Assembly (NCBI RefSeq): GCF_009914755.1
Contig: NC_060940.1
DNA: 64,000 bases
DNA from: the human T2T-CHM13v2.0 reference genome, Homo sapiens
Strand: one strand, 5' to 3'
A program made the position numbers and the translations under genes. Each line of letters begins with the position of its first letter. The first letter of the stretch is position 1. This document shows positions 12,251 through 23,380 of the stretch, in pieces. The notes beneath the pieces were generated by a model. The model was not told the origin of the DNA. It did not search any database and saw nothing but the letters and a program-made list of their open reading frames with translations.

Positions 12251-12388
12251 TACCAAAACCTCATCTTCCTCCCTACTTTTATCAACTGTCATAGATCAGA
12301 TTCCTCAGGAAGCAGACAGTGGACAGAGCTAAGAAGGAAAGCCTTACTGGGGACTGACATCTATAAAAGAAAATAGTTCATATGCTGA

Positions 12389-12735
<347 letters not shown>

Positions 12736-13481
12736 CCCATATTTTATTTTTTATAGCTACACGTCATAGTGATTTTTGTATTACTTTTGAATCTCTACAC
12801 ATTTGAAACAACCTCAATGTGAAATTTTAGCTGTTTCAAGATATCTTGCAATTAGGATTCAAAGCAAAGTAATTTTCCTGCCAAGATTTCTCCCTTTGTT
12901 ATCTCCTCGTTCCATCGGAAGCCATTCAGTCTGTTATAGAACTGGAGGAGTGCTTAGAGCTGCCCCCTCACATGGAGTGTTAAATCATTGGCCATCTTTT
13001 CCAATATGTATTTGCACACAAAGGCCTAGTATAAAGGTTAAGAATCTATCTTGATATTATCACTTGGGTAATCAAAGAAGTAATTACAAAAATGCTCTTG
13101 GAAGAGAAGCAGCATGATTCAGTCTTGGAAAAGCAATTTATTTGCTGTTCTTTTTTTAAAAAAAGCAGATTTGGCAAGGGTCCATGATTAATTTAACATT
13201 TAGTCAACATAGCAATGAAGGGGAAAGTCTTTTTCTGATAGACAGGTTATTACAATCAAGTCAAGAAATGATTGCATATTTAAACGTGTGATTATATCAT
13301 AATTCATATGCTGAATATATGAATTACTAAGTAGGACAACTCCAATGCTTAGGACATAACACATACACCCAAGTAATATCTTTTTGTTTCACATCTTTCT
13401 AATGAATTCCTTCCCACTAAATTATTAAATCGTAAGTCCAAAGAATACCGAATTAGAAAGAAGCAGTGAGAACATCTACAC

Positions 13482-13655
13482 CAGCAATTTTCAGTGTGTT
13501 CCATGGAACCCTAGGGCTCCACAAAAATAACTCAAGGATCCACAAAAAGGAAAAGGAAGACCAAGGAAGAAAAGTTACAAGTCCCCTGACCTACTTCAAC
13601 TTGAGCAAAACCTTTTACAGAATTTGAAATCTAGTGGAGCTACTAAAGAAGTTCA
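13482..13655 (+). mobile_element. hAT-Charlie MITE (MER103C-like)
   Basis: cagcaattttcagtgtgttccatggaaccctagggctccac…cttcaacttgagca resembles MER103C. Confidence 0.6.
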
Positions 13656-13669
13656 ATTTTTTTCTAATT

Positions 13670-13942
13670 TAGTTATTTTTTGAGACAGGGTCTTACTTTG
13701 GCACTCAGTCTGCAGTGCAGTGGCATTATTACAGCTTGCTGCAGCCTCCAACTCCTGGGCTTAAGAGATCCTCCCGTCTCTCCAGTAGCTGGGACTACAG
13801 ATATGCACCACCACGCCTGGCTAATTTTTTAATTTTTTGTAAACACAGGATCTCTATTTTTCCCAGGCTGGTCTTGAACTCCTAGACTCCAGTGATCCTC
13901 CAACCTCTGCCTCCTAAAGTGCTGGGATTACAGGCATGAGTC
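13670..13942 (-). mobile_element. AluJ
   Basis: Antisense Alu with J diagnostics (gcagcctccaactcctgggcttaag, gatcctccc); slightly 5'-truncated. Confidence 0.93.
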
Positions 13943-14183
13943 TGTAATTTAATTCTTGAAATACATATTAATGCGAAGCAGACTCTCTACATGATCATCT
14001 TGTCCTTGCCTGAGTTGCTCACATGATATGGCTCTTTCTACTTTTGAGGCTGTCAATTCTATTTTTTTTTTGACAAGTCTCAAATAGGTCTTTTCTGATT
14101 TGGACACAAATATGTATCTCTACAGTGTACATTCTATACTTGCATGGAATGTTTGGAAATGCATTACAAGCATTTCCTTATGT

Positions 14184-15570
14184 GTGTTACCAGTCGGTTT
14201 TCCATGGAACCCTGACTTGGAGCTTAGGGTGCAGAGTGTTTGTTAGGGAATGCTCTTAGAATCAACGCCTGTTAGAGAGTGGGAAAAGGTTAGGAAGAGG
14301 AGGAAGTCAAGAAGTACTGCTTATACAAAACTAACCCCACAAGGAGCTCTACAGCTAAAATCAAGCAACTTACTTGACTGAGCAAACTCAGAGTCCAACT
14401 CTACACATCCTGTACCAATTTTGCTATTATTCTTTGCTTGTAGTTCCTCTAGGGAATGGTATTTTGACCCTCTTATCAGGTTCAGCACATCTCAAGCTGT
14501 TATAGGTCTAGTGTCCAGGATGAGAGTGAAGTGACATCCAGAGGAAACTCTTGTTATCTTTCAGAGAAGAAATGTCTGAATTGCTTTCCAGCAAGAGGAA
14601 CTTCCTAGCTTTTCAATTGTGCAATGTGGGCCACTGCTGTAGGCTCAGTAGATTCAGGAAAATATGCAAAATCAAGATTTTCAGGTTCATCAACTTAGCT
14701 GTTCCCATTCCATATTTTTCCAGTCATATAGTATCTGCTCTTATAAATTTAACATCTAATCTGTCCTCTATCCAACCTAGATTCTGACCTTGGCATAGCA
14801 AATCTGCTTTGGCTTTAAGTTAATCTGACTAGTAAATCCTGGTCCTGTGGCTCAGCTTTCTCTGCTGTCTTGCACAGGAGAGGAGGACTTCTTTGTCTGC
14901 TGCCAAAGATGCCCTCTAGCTTTCCTACGGACTTTCAGTTGTCCATTAATCACTCTCAGCCCTTTATTGTATTTGTTTAGAGAGTAGAAGGATCCTAAAA
15001 CAGCCACATCTTCTACTGTTTTTATAGTTACTATATCCTCCATTTGAATCAGTGATCCAATACACTGCAGGAGCTAGTGTATTTCTGTCCAATACATCCC
15101 AATTCACAGCGAGTAAAAGTCTAAAAGTTGGACCACTATATTTTGCCAGGGGCTGTCTGTTCTCCACCTACCACCCATGCATGTTCACTACCAGCTAGCC
15201 AGCGAATGACCCAGGCCAAAAGTGCCACCTGAAGAACTACTGTCCCAGATCACTCCTGGCACCAACTCCAGAGGTTTGTTTCTTCTGGAAGCAGACTTTT
15301 GTTAGGGAGTAGTCTTGGGATTAACACCTGTGGCAGGAAGAGAAAGGAAGCAGGATTGGGCTGAGGGAAAATTCAAACTGAAATGCAGACCCAATGACAG
15401 CCTTGATAAATCTATCAAGATTTATCAAGATGGGGATCTCTGTAGTTAAAATGGCACATCAAAGTTATCTCACATAGGAATGAAATAGCCTAACTGTTAT
15501 ATTCCCAACTATTACTGGATTTGAGCCACGTAAGGAACAGTGGAACTATGGGCAAAGTAGTTATCTGCAG
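14184..15570 (-). mobile_element. Second LTR16-type ERV-L, internally deleted (partial 3' LTR 14184-14365, gag-leader 14370-15266, 5' LTR 15267-15570)
   Basis: Two LTR16-like segments (gttagggaatgctcttagaatcaacgcctgt / gttagggagtagtcttgggattaacacctgt) flank gag-like sequence and a primer-binding site. Confidence 0.8.
15251..15264 (-). other. Primer-binding site complementary to the tRNA-Leu 3' end
   Basis: Minus strand reads TGGTGCCAGGAGTG just after the LTR; tRNA-Leu gives TGGTGTCAGGAGTG (one mismatch). Leu priming defines ERV-L. Confidence 0.8.
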
Positions 15571-15809
15571 ACATTATGCTGGTTGCTTTATCTCATTTAT
15601 TCTCATATTAAATGTAAAAGTTTCCTTTTCACTTTTTTTCATTCATTTACAATTATTCAAAAATCTTAGATTTGTAAAACTATCTTAGGTGTCGAGGGCC
15701 TGTAGAAAATGGTATATTTTAGCTTGTAGTTTCTGAGATGAGTTGACAATTCAGCTATGTCTTCAAGGACACCTACACAGCATCACCACCATCACCACAC
15801 AAATATTGA

Positions 15810-16280
15810 TATCTCAAGCTTAACATATTTAGATTCAATCCTTTCCTCTTACTCATCTCAGTTATAGCAACTCCACCTACTAATTGCTCAGGTCAAAATC
15901 TTTGGAATAACTCTTGTTTCATGCCCCATCCTTGTTTTATCTTTATTTTATGTCCCTCATCTAATCCTTGTTTTATGCCCTACATCTAATACTTCATGAA
16001 GTCATGTTGGCACCATCTTCAAAATGCAGCAAAAATATAATCATCTCTCACCATATCTAATAGAACAGCCCTGGTCTGAGCCACCATTATATCTCACCTG
16101 GATTACTATAGGCTGTCTGATTCTATCCTTGATTGTTTATAATCTATTCCCAATATATCAACTGGAGTAATAACTTTATAATCAAAACCCTGCATTGGCT
16201 TCTTATTTCACTTATAACACAAATTAAAAGCTTTCTCAATGATCTGTCTTCTCACATGCTTGCTCTGCTTCTAGCACATA
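15810..16280 (+). mobile_element. L2 LINE fragment
   Basis: tctcaagcttaacatattt…ttgctcaggtcaaaatctttgg…ccctggtctgagccaccattatatctcacctggattacta. Confidence 0.8.
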
Positions 16281-16299
16281 GATTAGTATATCCCATGTA

Positions 16300-17420
16300 T
16301 GGAGCAGTCATGAGAAATGAAACTACTGCTGGAGGGAGCAAAGCAGGAAGGGCATTTTATGATACAGCATATCATGTAAGGAGGGAAACACAAGAACTAC
16401 AAAAGAGAGTTAGTGGTGTTGCAATAACATGGATGAAAGAAGATGAGAGCTTGAAATAGGGCATCAACAACAGAGATAGAAGAGACAATCAGAGTGTAGA
16501 GCAGTCAGAGCTTAAGTGATACTTAGAGAGTATATAATTGTTTATATACTTTATATGTAATTGTTTATATAATTCATCTATATATCATGAGTATATAAGT
16601 ATATACTTAGAGAATATGTAATTCAATTCCTTTGAGGAATTGAATGATTTGAAGAGAAGATAAGTAAAAGAGATTTCCAAGATCCTGGGTAGCACAAGTG
16701 TGATAATATGGGTGCCATTATTAAGATAAGCAGCAAAAGAAAAGACACAAATTAGAGAACAACATGCTTTCTATTTGAGATATGTTAAGTTGAATGTACC
16801 AGCTTATCCCATAAGTGAGATATTCTAGAAAGAAGTCAACCAGACTGTAGAAATTATAGAACTGAAATTCAGAAAATAGATCAAAGATGGGCATATTGAT
16901 ATTGGGAATGTTAAAAAAAGAAACTTTAGATAAATTTAGCAGCGATTACTTGAGCAAACAGGTTTATGATCTAGGCAGCACTCAGAGCAAAGAGGTGCAG
17001 GGAGCTCCATTCGGTAGTGTGAACCTCAAGCTTTTACAGGCCAAACACAGAAGAAAAGTAGAGAAACACACCTGAATGGCTACAACTAGGTGGACATGAT
17101 GTGATGAGTTGGTCTCTGTGATTGGTTGAAACCCAGCTGCATGTGATTGGAGGAAACTCTGCTCTTCGTTATATTCCTAAGTTAGGCTTCAGTTTGTTTG
17201 CATACTAAGAATCTGGTTTGTTATGTAAGAACTCAAAGTTCATAGACAGCCGCAGGCTAATACCCTCCTGTTTATTTAATAGGATTCAGCATGGCAATTT
17301 AATTCAAAATGGCAATTTAAATCATGAAGATAGTGTTGGGAATGTCAATATTTAGATATAGCAAAACTAGAGAATCACTCACTCAAAATTGACAAGAAGA
17401 AGCTATAGAAGTTTAGAGTG
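16300..17420 (-). mobile_element. L2 LINE fragment interrupted by a MER93-like LTR
   Basis: Purine-rich antisense L2 (gttgcaataacatggatgaaagaagatgagagcttgaa…tatgttaagttgaatgtacc…) resumes after 17281. Confidence 0.7.
16909..17281 (-). mobile_element. Solo ERV1-class LTR (MER93/MER57-like)
   Basis: tgttaaaaaaagaaactttagataaattt…caggctaataccctcctgtttatttaata with TG…(C>T)A termini. Imperfect 4-bp TSD ggaa/ggat. Confidence 0.8.
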
Positions 17421-17508
17421 CAAATTCGTCACTTTTTGATCTCCAAGTTATTGCCAGTGAGGAAAAGACACAGGCAGCTACGTGGAGATCAATGGATTCC
17501 ATTATTCA

Positions 17509-18082
17509 TGTGCCAATAATGCTTAAAACACGCTACTCAGAAAGTTCAGTCTACCTAAAGTACTATCCCTGAATGTTTCCTACAGACAATGATTCTGTGC
17601 TACCACACCAATGCACTTCTGGCTATATTTGGTCAATGAGTAACCCTGGTGGAAGATGGAGGGCATAGGAACAAAGAAGGAAGCCAAATTTTTCTTCCTC
17701 TTTTTCTGTGGTTTGTAGTCACGTGATTATAACAGCTGAGTCTCCATAAACGTTCCAGGTTCTAACTGGATGCTCTCTTTCTCTTTGGAGTGGGGCAGCC
17801 ATCTTTCTGATTCTGGTTTCCACTAAACAGACCCAGCCCCTGGGTTGCTTCTGTTAACACCACCTCCTTCCTCTCTTTGTCCCTCCACTCCCAGAGGGTT
17901 AGCAACTTCTCAACATTACTAAAGTCTCTTTTGTGTTGTTTTTTGTTTGTTTGTTTGTTTGCTTTTTTGTTTTTCACCATGCTTTAGTTGGCTTCTCGCC
18001 CCTTGCATTACCAATTAATTACCTGTACTAAATTTGAATTACCTAGAGTGGTCCCTGTTTTCTTGAACTGATGTGATGATGC
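17509..18082 (+). mobile_element. Solo ERVL LTR (LTR41/LTR33-like) with an internal (GTTT)n run
   Basis: Starts tgtgccaataatg; contains taacaccacctccttc…ctttgtccctcca and ends aattacctagagtggtccctgttttcttga. Confidence 0.7.
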
Positions 18083-18629
18083 TGGCTCATATATTTTTAA
18101 AACATATTTAGAAATTAAAGCCAAAATATTAAAAGCCTCCTACTAGCTATGTGTCTCAGACAGTAACCACCCCCCCACCAAAAAAAAAAAAAATGAAAAG
18201 AGTCAATTTTTCTCTATTTTAAAGTGGCTTGATCTGCCATACCTATGTAGTGGAAAAGTGAGAAACTGAAGGAAAGGAGCAGAGAGAACAGGTCTATTTC
18301 CTACCCAAAGACAAGGAGCACAATTTGAGTCAAAGAGACTCAATTCTGGGGGCAGAAAAAGAAAGATCCATGAACTTCCTTTCAGGACTAAGAACTTACC
18401 TTCTGACCAATAAAATCAGGGATCTTCACTCTCTCATCAGTAAGACAAGTCATCTCCAATGTGAGTAGATTAGTCCTTTGTGCTTTCCCTATGAAGGTCT
18501 AAGACACAGGATAAGGGAAATATTTGCATGATCCTTCTCTCCACACTATCTTCAAAGAAATAGAGTGAGTAGCACATTTTCTCTATTGAAAGTTATGGCC
18601 TGGAAAATTAATCCCTTCCTGCAAGTAAC

Positions 18630-19190
18630 TAGAGAACCAGGAAAAACTGGTAGGGCTGAGTCCAAACAGAAAGTGAATTTTAACAAGAGGGCAAGATCAA
18701 TAAGATTAAATATCCCAGAAACCTCAAGTTAAAATAGCAATTGCAGATTAGTTATTGGATTCACCAACTAGAAAGTGTTTGATGAGTTTTAAAGAGAAAC
18801 TTCAGAGATATAATGGAGGTATTAACCAAATGCCAATAACTTGGGAATCGAATTGCAAGAACGTGATTCCAGTATGGCTACATAGTTCTTTCAAGCAATT
18901 TAGCAGGGAAGGGTAGAAAAACGTGAACAAAAGAATGAAAAGAAGAATAGACAGGACTTTTTTGTCAATCAGAAATACTTGTGTATGTTTACATGCTGAC
19001 TGGAAAAAGAGCCAATGAAGAAGAAAAGTTGAAGTAGAGGAAAAAGATTTGTTAATGAAGCAGGAACACTCAGGGGCCAAGAGATAAAACAATGCAAGAT
19101 ATTGTGGATAGATGAATTATAGAAGGAAGAAATTTCATTCTCCCGGGACAAGAAAGTGAGAAGAGATTGGTAGAGACAGAAACCAATTTG
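18630..19190 (-). mobile_element. L2 LINE (ORF2 region), probably continuing the 16300-17420 copy
   Basis: ttattggattcaccaactagaaagtg…ttctttcaagcaatttagc…gtatgtttacatgctgactggaaaaagagcca. Confidence 0.7.
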
Positions 19191-19306
19191 GTTAATTCCC
19201 TTAAATATCATTAATCACTTTCCTTCTTAAATTAATTTATGGCACATATTACTGTAGTCAAAGAGCTTGATAAGTTATACATAATCTGTTATCTCACTGA
19301 TTTAAT

Positions 19307-19639
<333 letters not shown>

Positions 19640-20231
19640 TATCTCACTGATTTAATATAATTCCAGTCAAAGGAGGAATCCTCCCATTATTGCCTGGTAG
19701 ATGAAGTCACTTCCCTTTACTACTTCTCTCATCTTGCATGTCTCCATCATTTCTATCTGGCCAACATAGAGCAGAGAAATTTTTGTGCTGGCATTTGTAT
19801 CAAACCAGTAGATTCCATGATGTACATATTAAGGAATTAAATGAAAAATAGTTCTATGTTAAACAACATAAAATGCTTTTCTTTACCGCAAAATATATTG
19901 AAGGTCTTATTATTGTCTCAAGGGAAGTAAACAAAATGCAGTGTTCCCTACCATCACTAGACTGTAGAGGTTTTTATTAGTGGTAATCATAATTGATAAA
20001 TGTTCTTGGCAGCATCCTTTGATGCTGCAGTTGCTGCCTCTGTAGAAAGTCATGCAAGGTGTCCCGCTTTCTGGGGCTTTTTTAGTGAAGACAGTCCCAG
20101 TGATGTTGTGTTCCCCCAGGACTCCAAACATATTTCTCAAAAATGTCATAAAAGTTTTTGTGTTGAAATGAATTGTAACATTCTTTTCAACCACTGGATT
20201 GGAAAAAATGATTTGAGCATGAAAAATTCTC

Positions 20232-21130
20232 CATACCTTCACTATTACAATGGCCGAGATCTAAAATGCAGACAATGCCAAATGCTAGCAAGGATGCAGA
20301 ACAACAGGAACTGTCATTAATTGCTGGTGAGAATATAAAATGATGAAGCCACCTTGGAAGGATATTTGGCAGTTTCTTATAAAACTAAACATATTCCTAC
20401 CATAGAATTCATTAATTGCACTAACTGATATTTACCTGAGGGAGCTAAAAGCTTATGGCTATACAAAACCTGCACACTGATGTTTATAACAGCTTTATTT
20501 GTAATTGCCAAAGCTTAGAAGCAACCAAGATGTCCTTTAATGGGTGAATTAATACTTAAACTGTGGTTCATCCAGGCAATAGAATACTATTCATTGCAAA
20601 CACAAAATAAGCTATCAAGACATGAAAATATATTACAAAAATTAAATAAATATTACAAAAGTGAAAGAAGCCAGTCTTAAAAGGCTATATATTATATGAT
20701 TTTCACAATATAACTTTCTGGAAAAGGCAAAACTATGAAGGTAGTAAAAACATCAGTGATTGTGTAATTGCCAGGTGATAGAAGAGAGGGAGGGATAAAT
20801 AGAGGGATCATAAAGGAATTTTAGGGAAGCGGAACTACTTTGTATGATACTATAATGGTGGATAACTACCATTATACATTTGTCTAAACTCATAGGCTGT
20901 CAACATCAAGAGTGATTCCCTAAATGATGAACTTTTATTGGAAATGATGTGCTAATGTAAGCTCATTGATTGTAACAAACGTACCATTTTCCTGAGGATA
21001 CTGGTAGTGGAGGAGGCTATTCATGTGTGACAGCAGGGCATATATGGAAAATATCTGCACTTTCGGTCTGAGAATTATCTGCACTTTCTGTTCAATTGGT
21101 TATAAACCTAAAGCTTCTCTTAAAAAATAA
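20232..21130 (+). mobile_element. L1MC-like 3' fragment
   Basis: L1 ORF2 C-terminus plus L1MC-type 3'UTR (gctatcaagacatgaaa…ttctggaaaaggcaaaactatg…aaacctaaagcttctcttaaaaaataa). Confidence 0.85.
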
Positions 21131-21139
21131 GTGCTTCAT

Positions 21140-21751
21140 CATCCATTAATTCATTGATGGACACGTGGATGTGTTCCATATCTTAACACTTGTGGTATAT
21201 ATACACAATGAAATATTATTCAGCCACAATAAAAGAATAAAATTTTGTAATTTGCAACAATGTGGATGAGCCTAGAGGACATTATGTTAAGTGAAATAAA
21301 CTGGGCAAAGAAAGACAAATATTGCATGTTCTCACTCATATATGGTAGCTAAAAAAGTTGATCCCATTGAAGTATAGAGTAGAACAGTGGTTACCAGAGC
21401 CTGGGAAGAGGAGTGGTGAGGGGGAAATAGGAAGAGGATGGTTAATAGGTACAAAAATTACAGTTAAATAAGGAAGAATAATTTCTAGTATTCTATAATA
21501 CCATAGGGTGACTATAGTTAACAATAATTTATTGCATATTTCAATATAGCTAGAAGAGAGGATTTTGAATGTTCTCAAAGAGAAATGATCAATGTTTGAG
21601 GTGATGAATATTAAAATTACCCTGATGTGATCATTACACATTGTTTGCATGTACTGAAATATCTAATGAACCCCATACATATGTACAATTTTTATGCACC
21701 AATTAAAATTTTTAAAAGTATAAAATGCAAAAATAACTGCAAATGTTTTTT
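21140..21751 (+). mobile_element. L1MA-like 3' end with 5' inversion (inverted 21141-21190; sense 21191-21751)
   Basis: Sense L1MA 3'UTR preceded by the antisense of the adjacent upstream L1 segment. TSD aa(t/a)aagtg(c/t)ttcat at 21126-21139 and 21752-21765. Confidence 0.88.
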
Positions 21752-22007
21752 AAAAAGTGTTTCATACTCATCATCAGAACTTTAACCATCCCTAAAGATC
21801 TGCTTCCAAGATCTCTATAAAACTATTAAACTAAGCACAGTCCAAGAAAACAGCAAACTCTGCAGTGCCATCATGACGAGATATTTTCCATGGTAACTTC
21901 TACAGTCAAATATTTTAGTGAAGAAAATGTCACGACTTTCTGATTACCTTCATCTGCTAGTTGCCCACAGAGCTTTAGAAATATCAAAGTTGAAAGACTT
22001 CTTATCA

Positions 22008-22176
22008 CACCATTTCTCAAAACGTGTCCAAGAACCCACTTGAGTTAGAATTATCTAGGTTGCATATTTTAAAATAAGCAACTGTGATCTTAACAATAAT
22101 ATTCCGCGAAGCCCCGAAATCTGTCTTTCTAGTAAATTCCCTAAAATTTTTTAATAAAAGGTCTGATAATTACTGG
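22008..22176. mobile_element. MER5-like hAT fragment within a MIR
   Basis: catttctcaaaacgtgtcc…agaattatctagg…gccccgaaatctg…tctgataattactg. Confidence 0.5.
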
Positions 22177-22209
22177 GTCAGAAATTCTCTAATCTGATTT
22201 ACCTCGCTA

Positions 22210-23380
22210 TTTTTCAAATTTGTTGAGATGTAACATGCAGAAAAGAACACAAATCCATGAATTTTAAGAAAATGAATATATCTCCATACATAGCTGATAC
22301 AGTACCTATATCAGAACATGAACCAGACTTGAACCCTAGAAATCCCTTTACACTCCCTTCCAGCCACTGCATCCTAGGAAGAATTAACCACTCTGCTGAT
22401 GTATAATGTCATCAATTTGTTTTGACTATTTTTGAACTCTATATAAGTAAAATAAAGTAATAGGTACTTTGGGAAAACTGACTTATTCTCCTCAATGCTA
22501 TATTGTATGATTCATTCATACTGTTCTGTTTAGTTGTAGTTTGTGTCTGTTCTTCATTGTGCAATAGTCTACTGCATGGATATACCATATCATTATCCTT
22601 TCTATTATACACAGACTAAAAGATTATCCCCGGTTTTTGCCTATTGCAAATAAGGCTGCTATGAACATTTTTATACATGTCTTTGGCACACACAGGTGTG
22701 TATTTCTGTTGGGTAATATGACTAGGGATAGAATTACTAAGGCATAAGGCATATCTTTTTGTTCAGCTTTAGTTTTCTGGGTTTTTATATTTCAAAAAGA
22801 TTGTACAAAGTTAAAGTCCAACCAGTAAGGTATCAGGATCTAGCGGCTCCTCATCCTCCACACCCTCACTTGGTATCATTTGTCTTTTTCATTTTACCCA
22901 TCGTAATTGGGTATACCAATATCACATTATGATTTTAACTGTATTTCCCTAATGACTAATTATGCGCTCTTTGTTGTATTAATTGGACATTTTAGTATTC
23001 TGTTTTACAAAGTGCCTGTTCAAGCCTTTCAACTATTTTTTTAAATTGGGTTGTCTGCCTTTTTCTTATTGTAGCAGTCATTTATATATTCTGGATTCAA
23101 GTCCACTGTTAGATATATGTTATGTAAATACAGTCTCCAATTTTGTATCTTGGATTTTCACTCTCTAAAGTATTGAGTGAACATTTTGAACAGAAATCCT
23201 TAATTTTAATGTGTTCAAGTGTATCATTCATCACTTTGTGTGTCTTAATTATTTGTCTACTTTAGGTTCATGAAGACATTCCCCTTATTTTTCCAAAAAC
23301 TTTAGTGTTTTATCTTTTATATTAAGGTGACCTATTCAAACAGAATTGATTTTATAAAACAATTTTTGTATCATGTGCAG
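22210..23380 (-). mobile_element. L1ME-like 3' fragment
   Basis: Antisense L1M 3'UTR and ORF2 end (ggctgctatgaacattttt…tttcattttacc…aagtgcctgttcaagcctt…). Confidence 0.85.

Larger units (their letters stand above)
6486..12375 (-). mobile_element. Decayed near full-length ERV-L provirus (LTR16 / ERV3-16A3-like)
   Basis: LTR16-like 3' LTR (~6486-6894) and 5' LTR remnant (12287-12375) share caggaagcagacag…cagagcta. Between them, on the minus strand in order: gag, protease, RT, RNase H, integrase and dUTPase relics. Confidence 0.88.

Noticed and set aside
15251-15264. tRNA-Leu gene
   Set aside because: Only 14 nt match the tRNA 3' end and they sit next to an LTR, so this is a retroviral primer-binding site.
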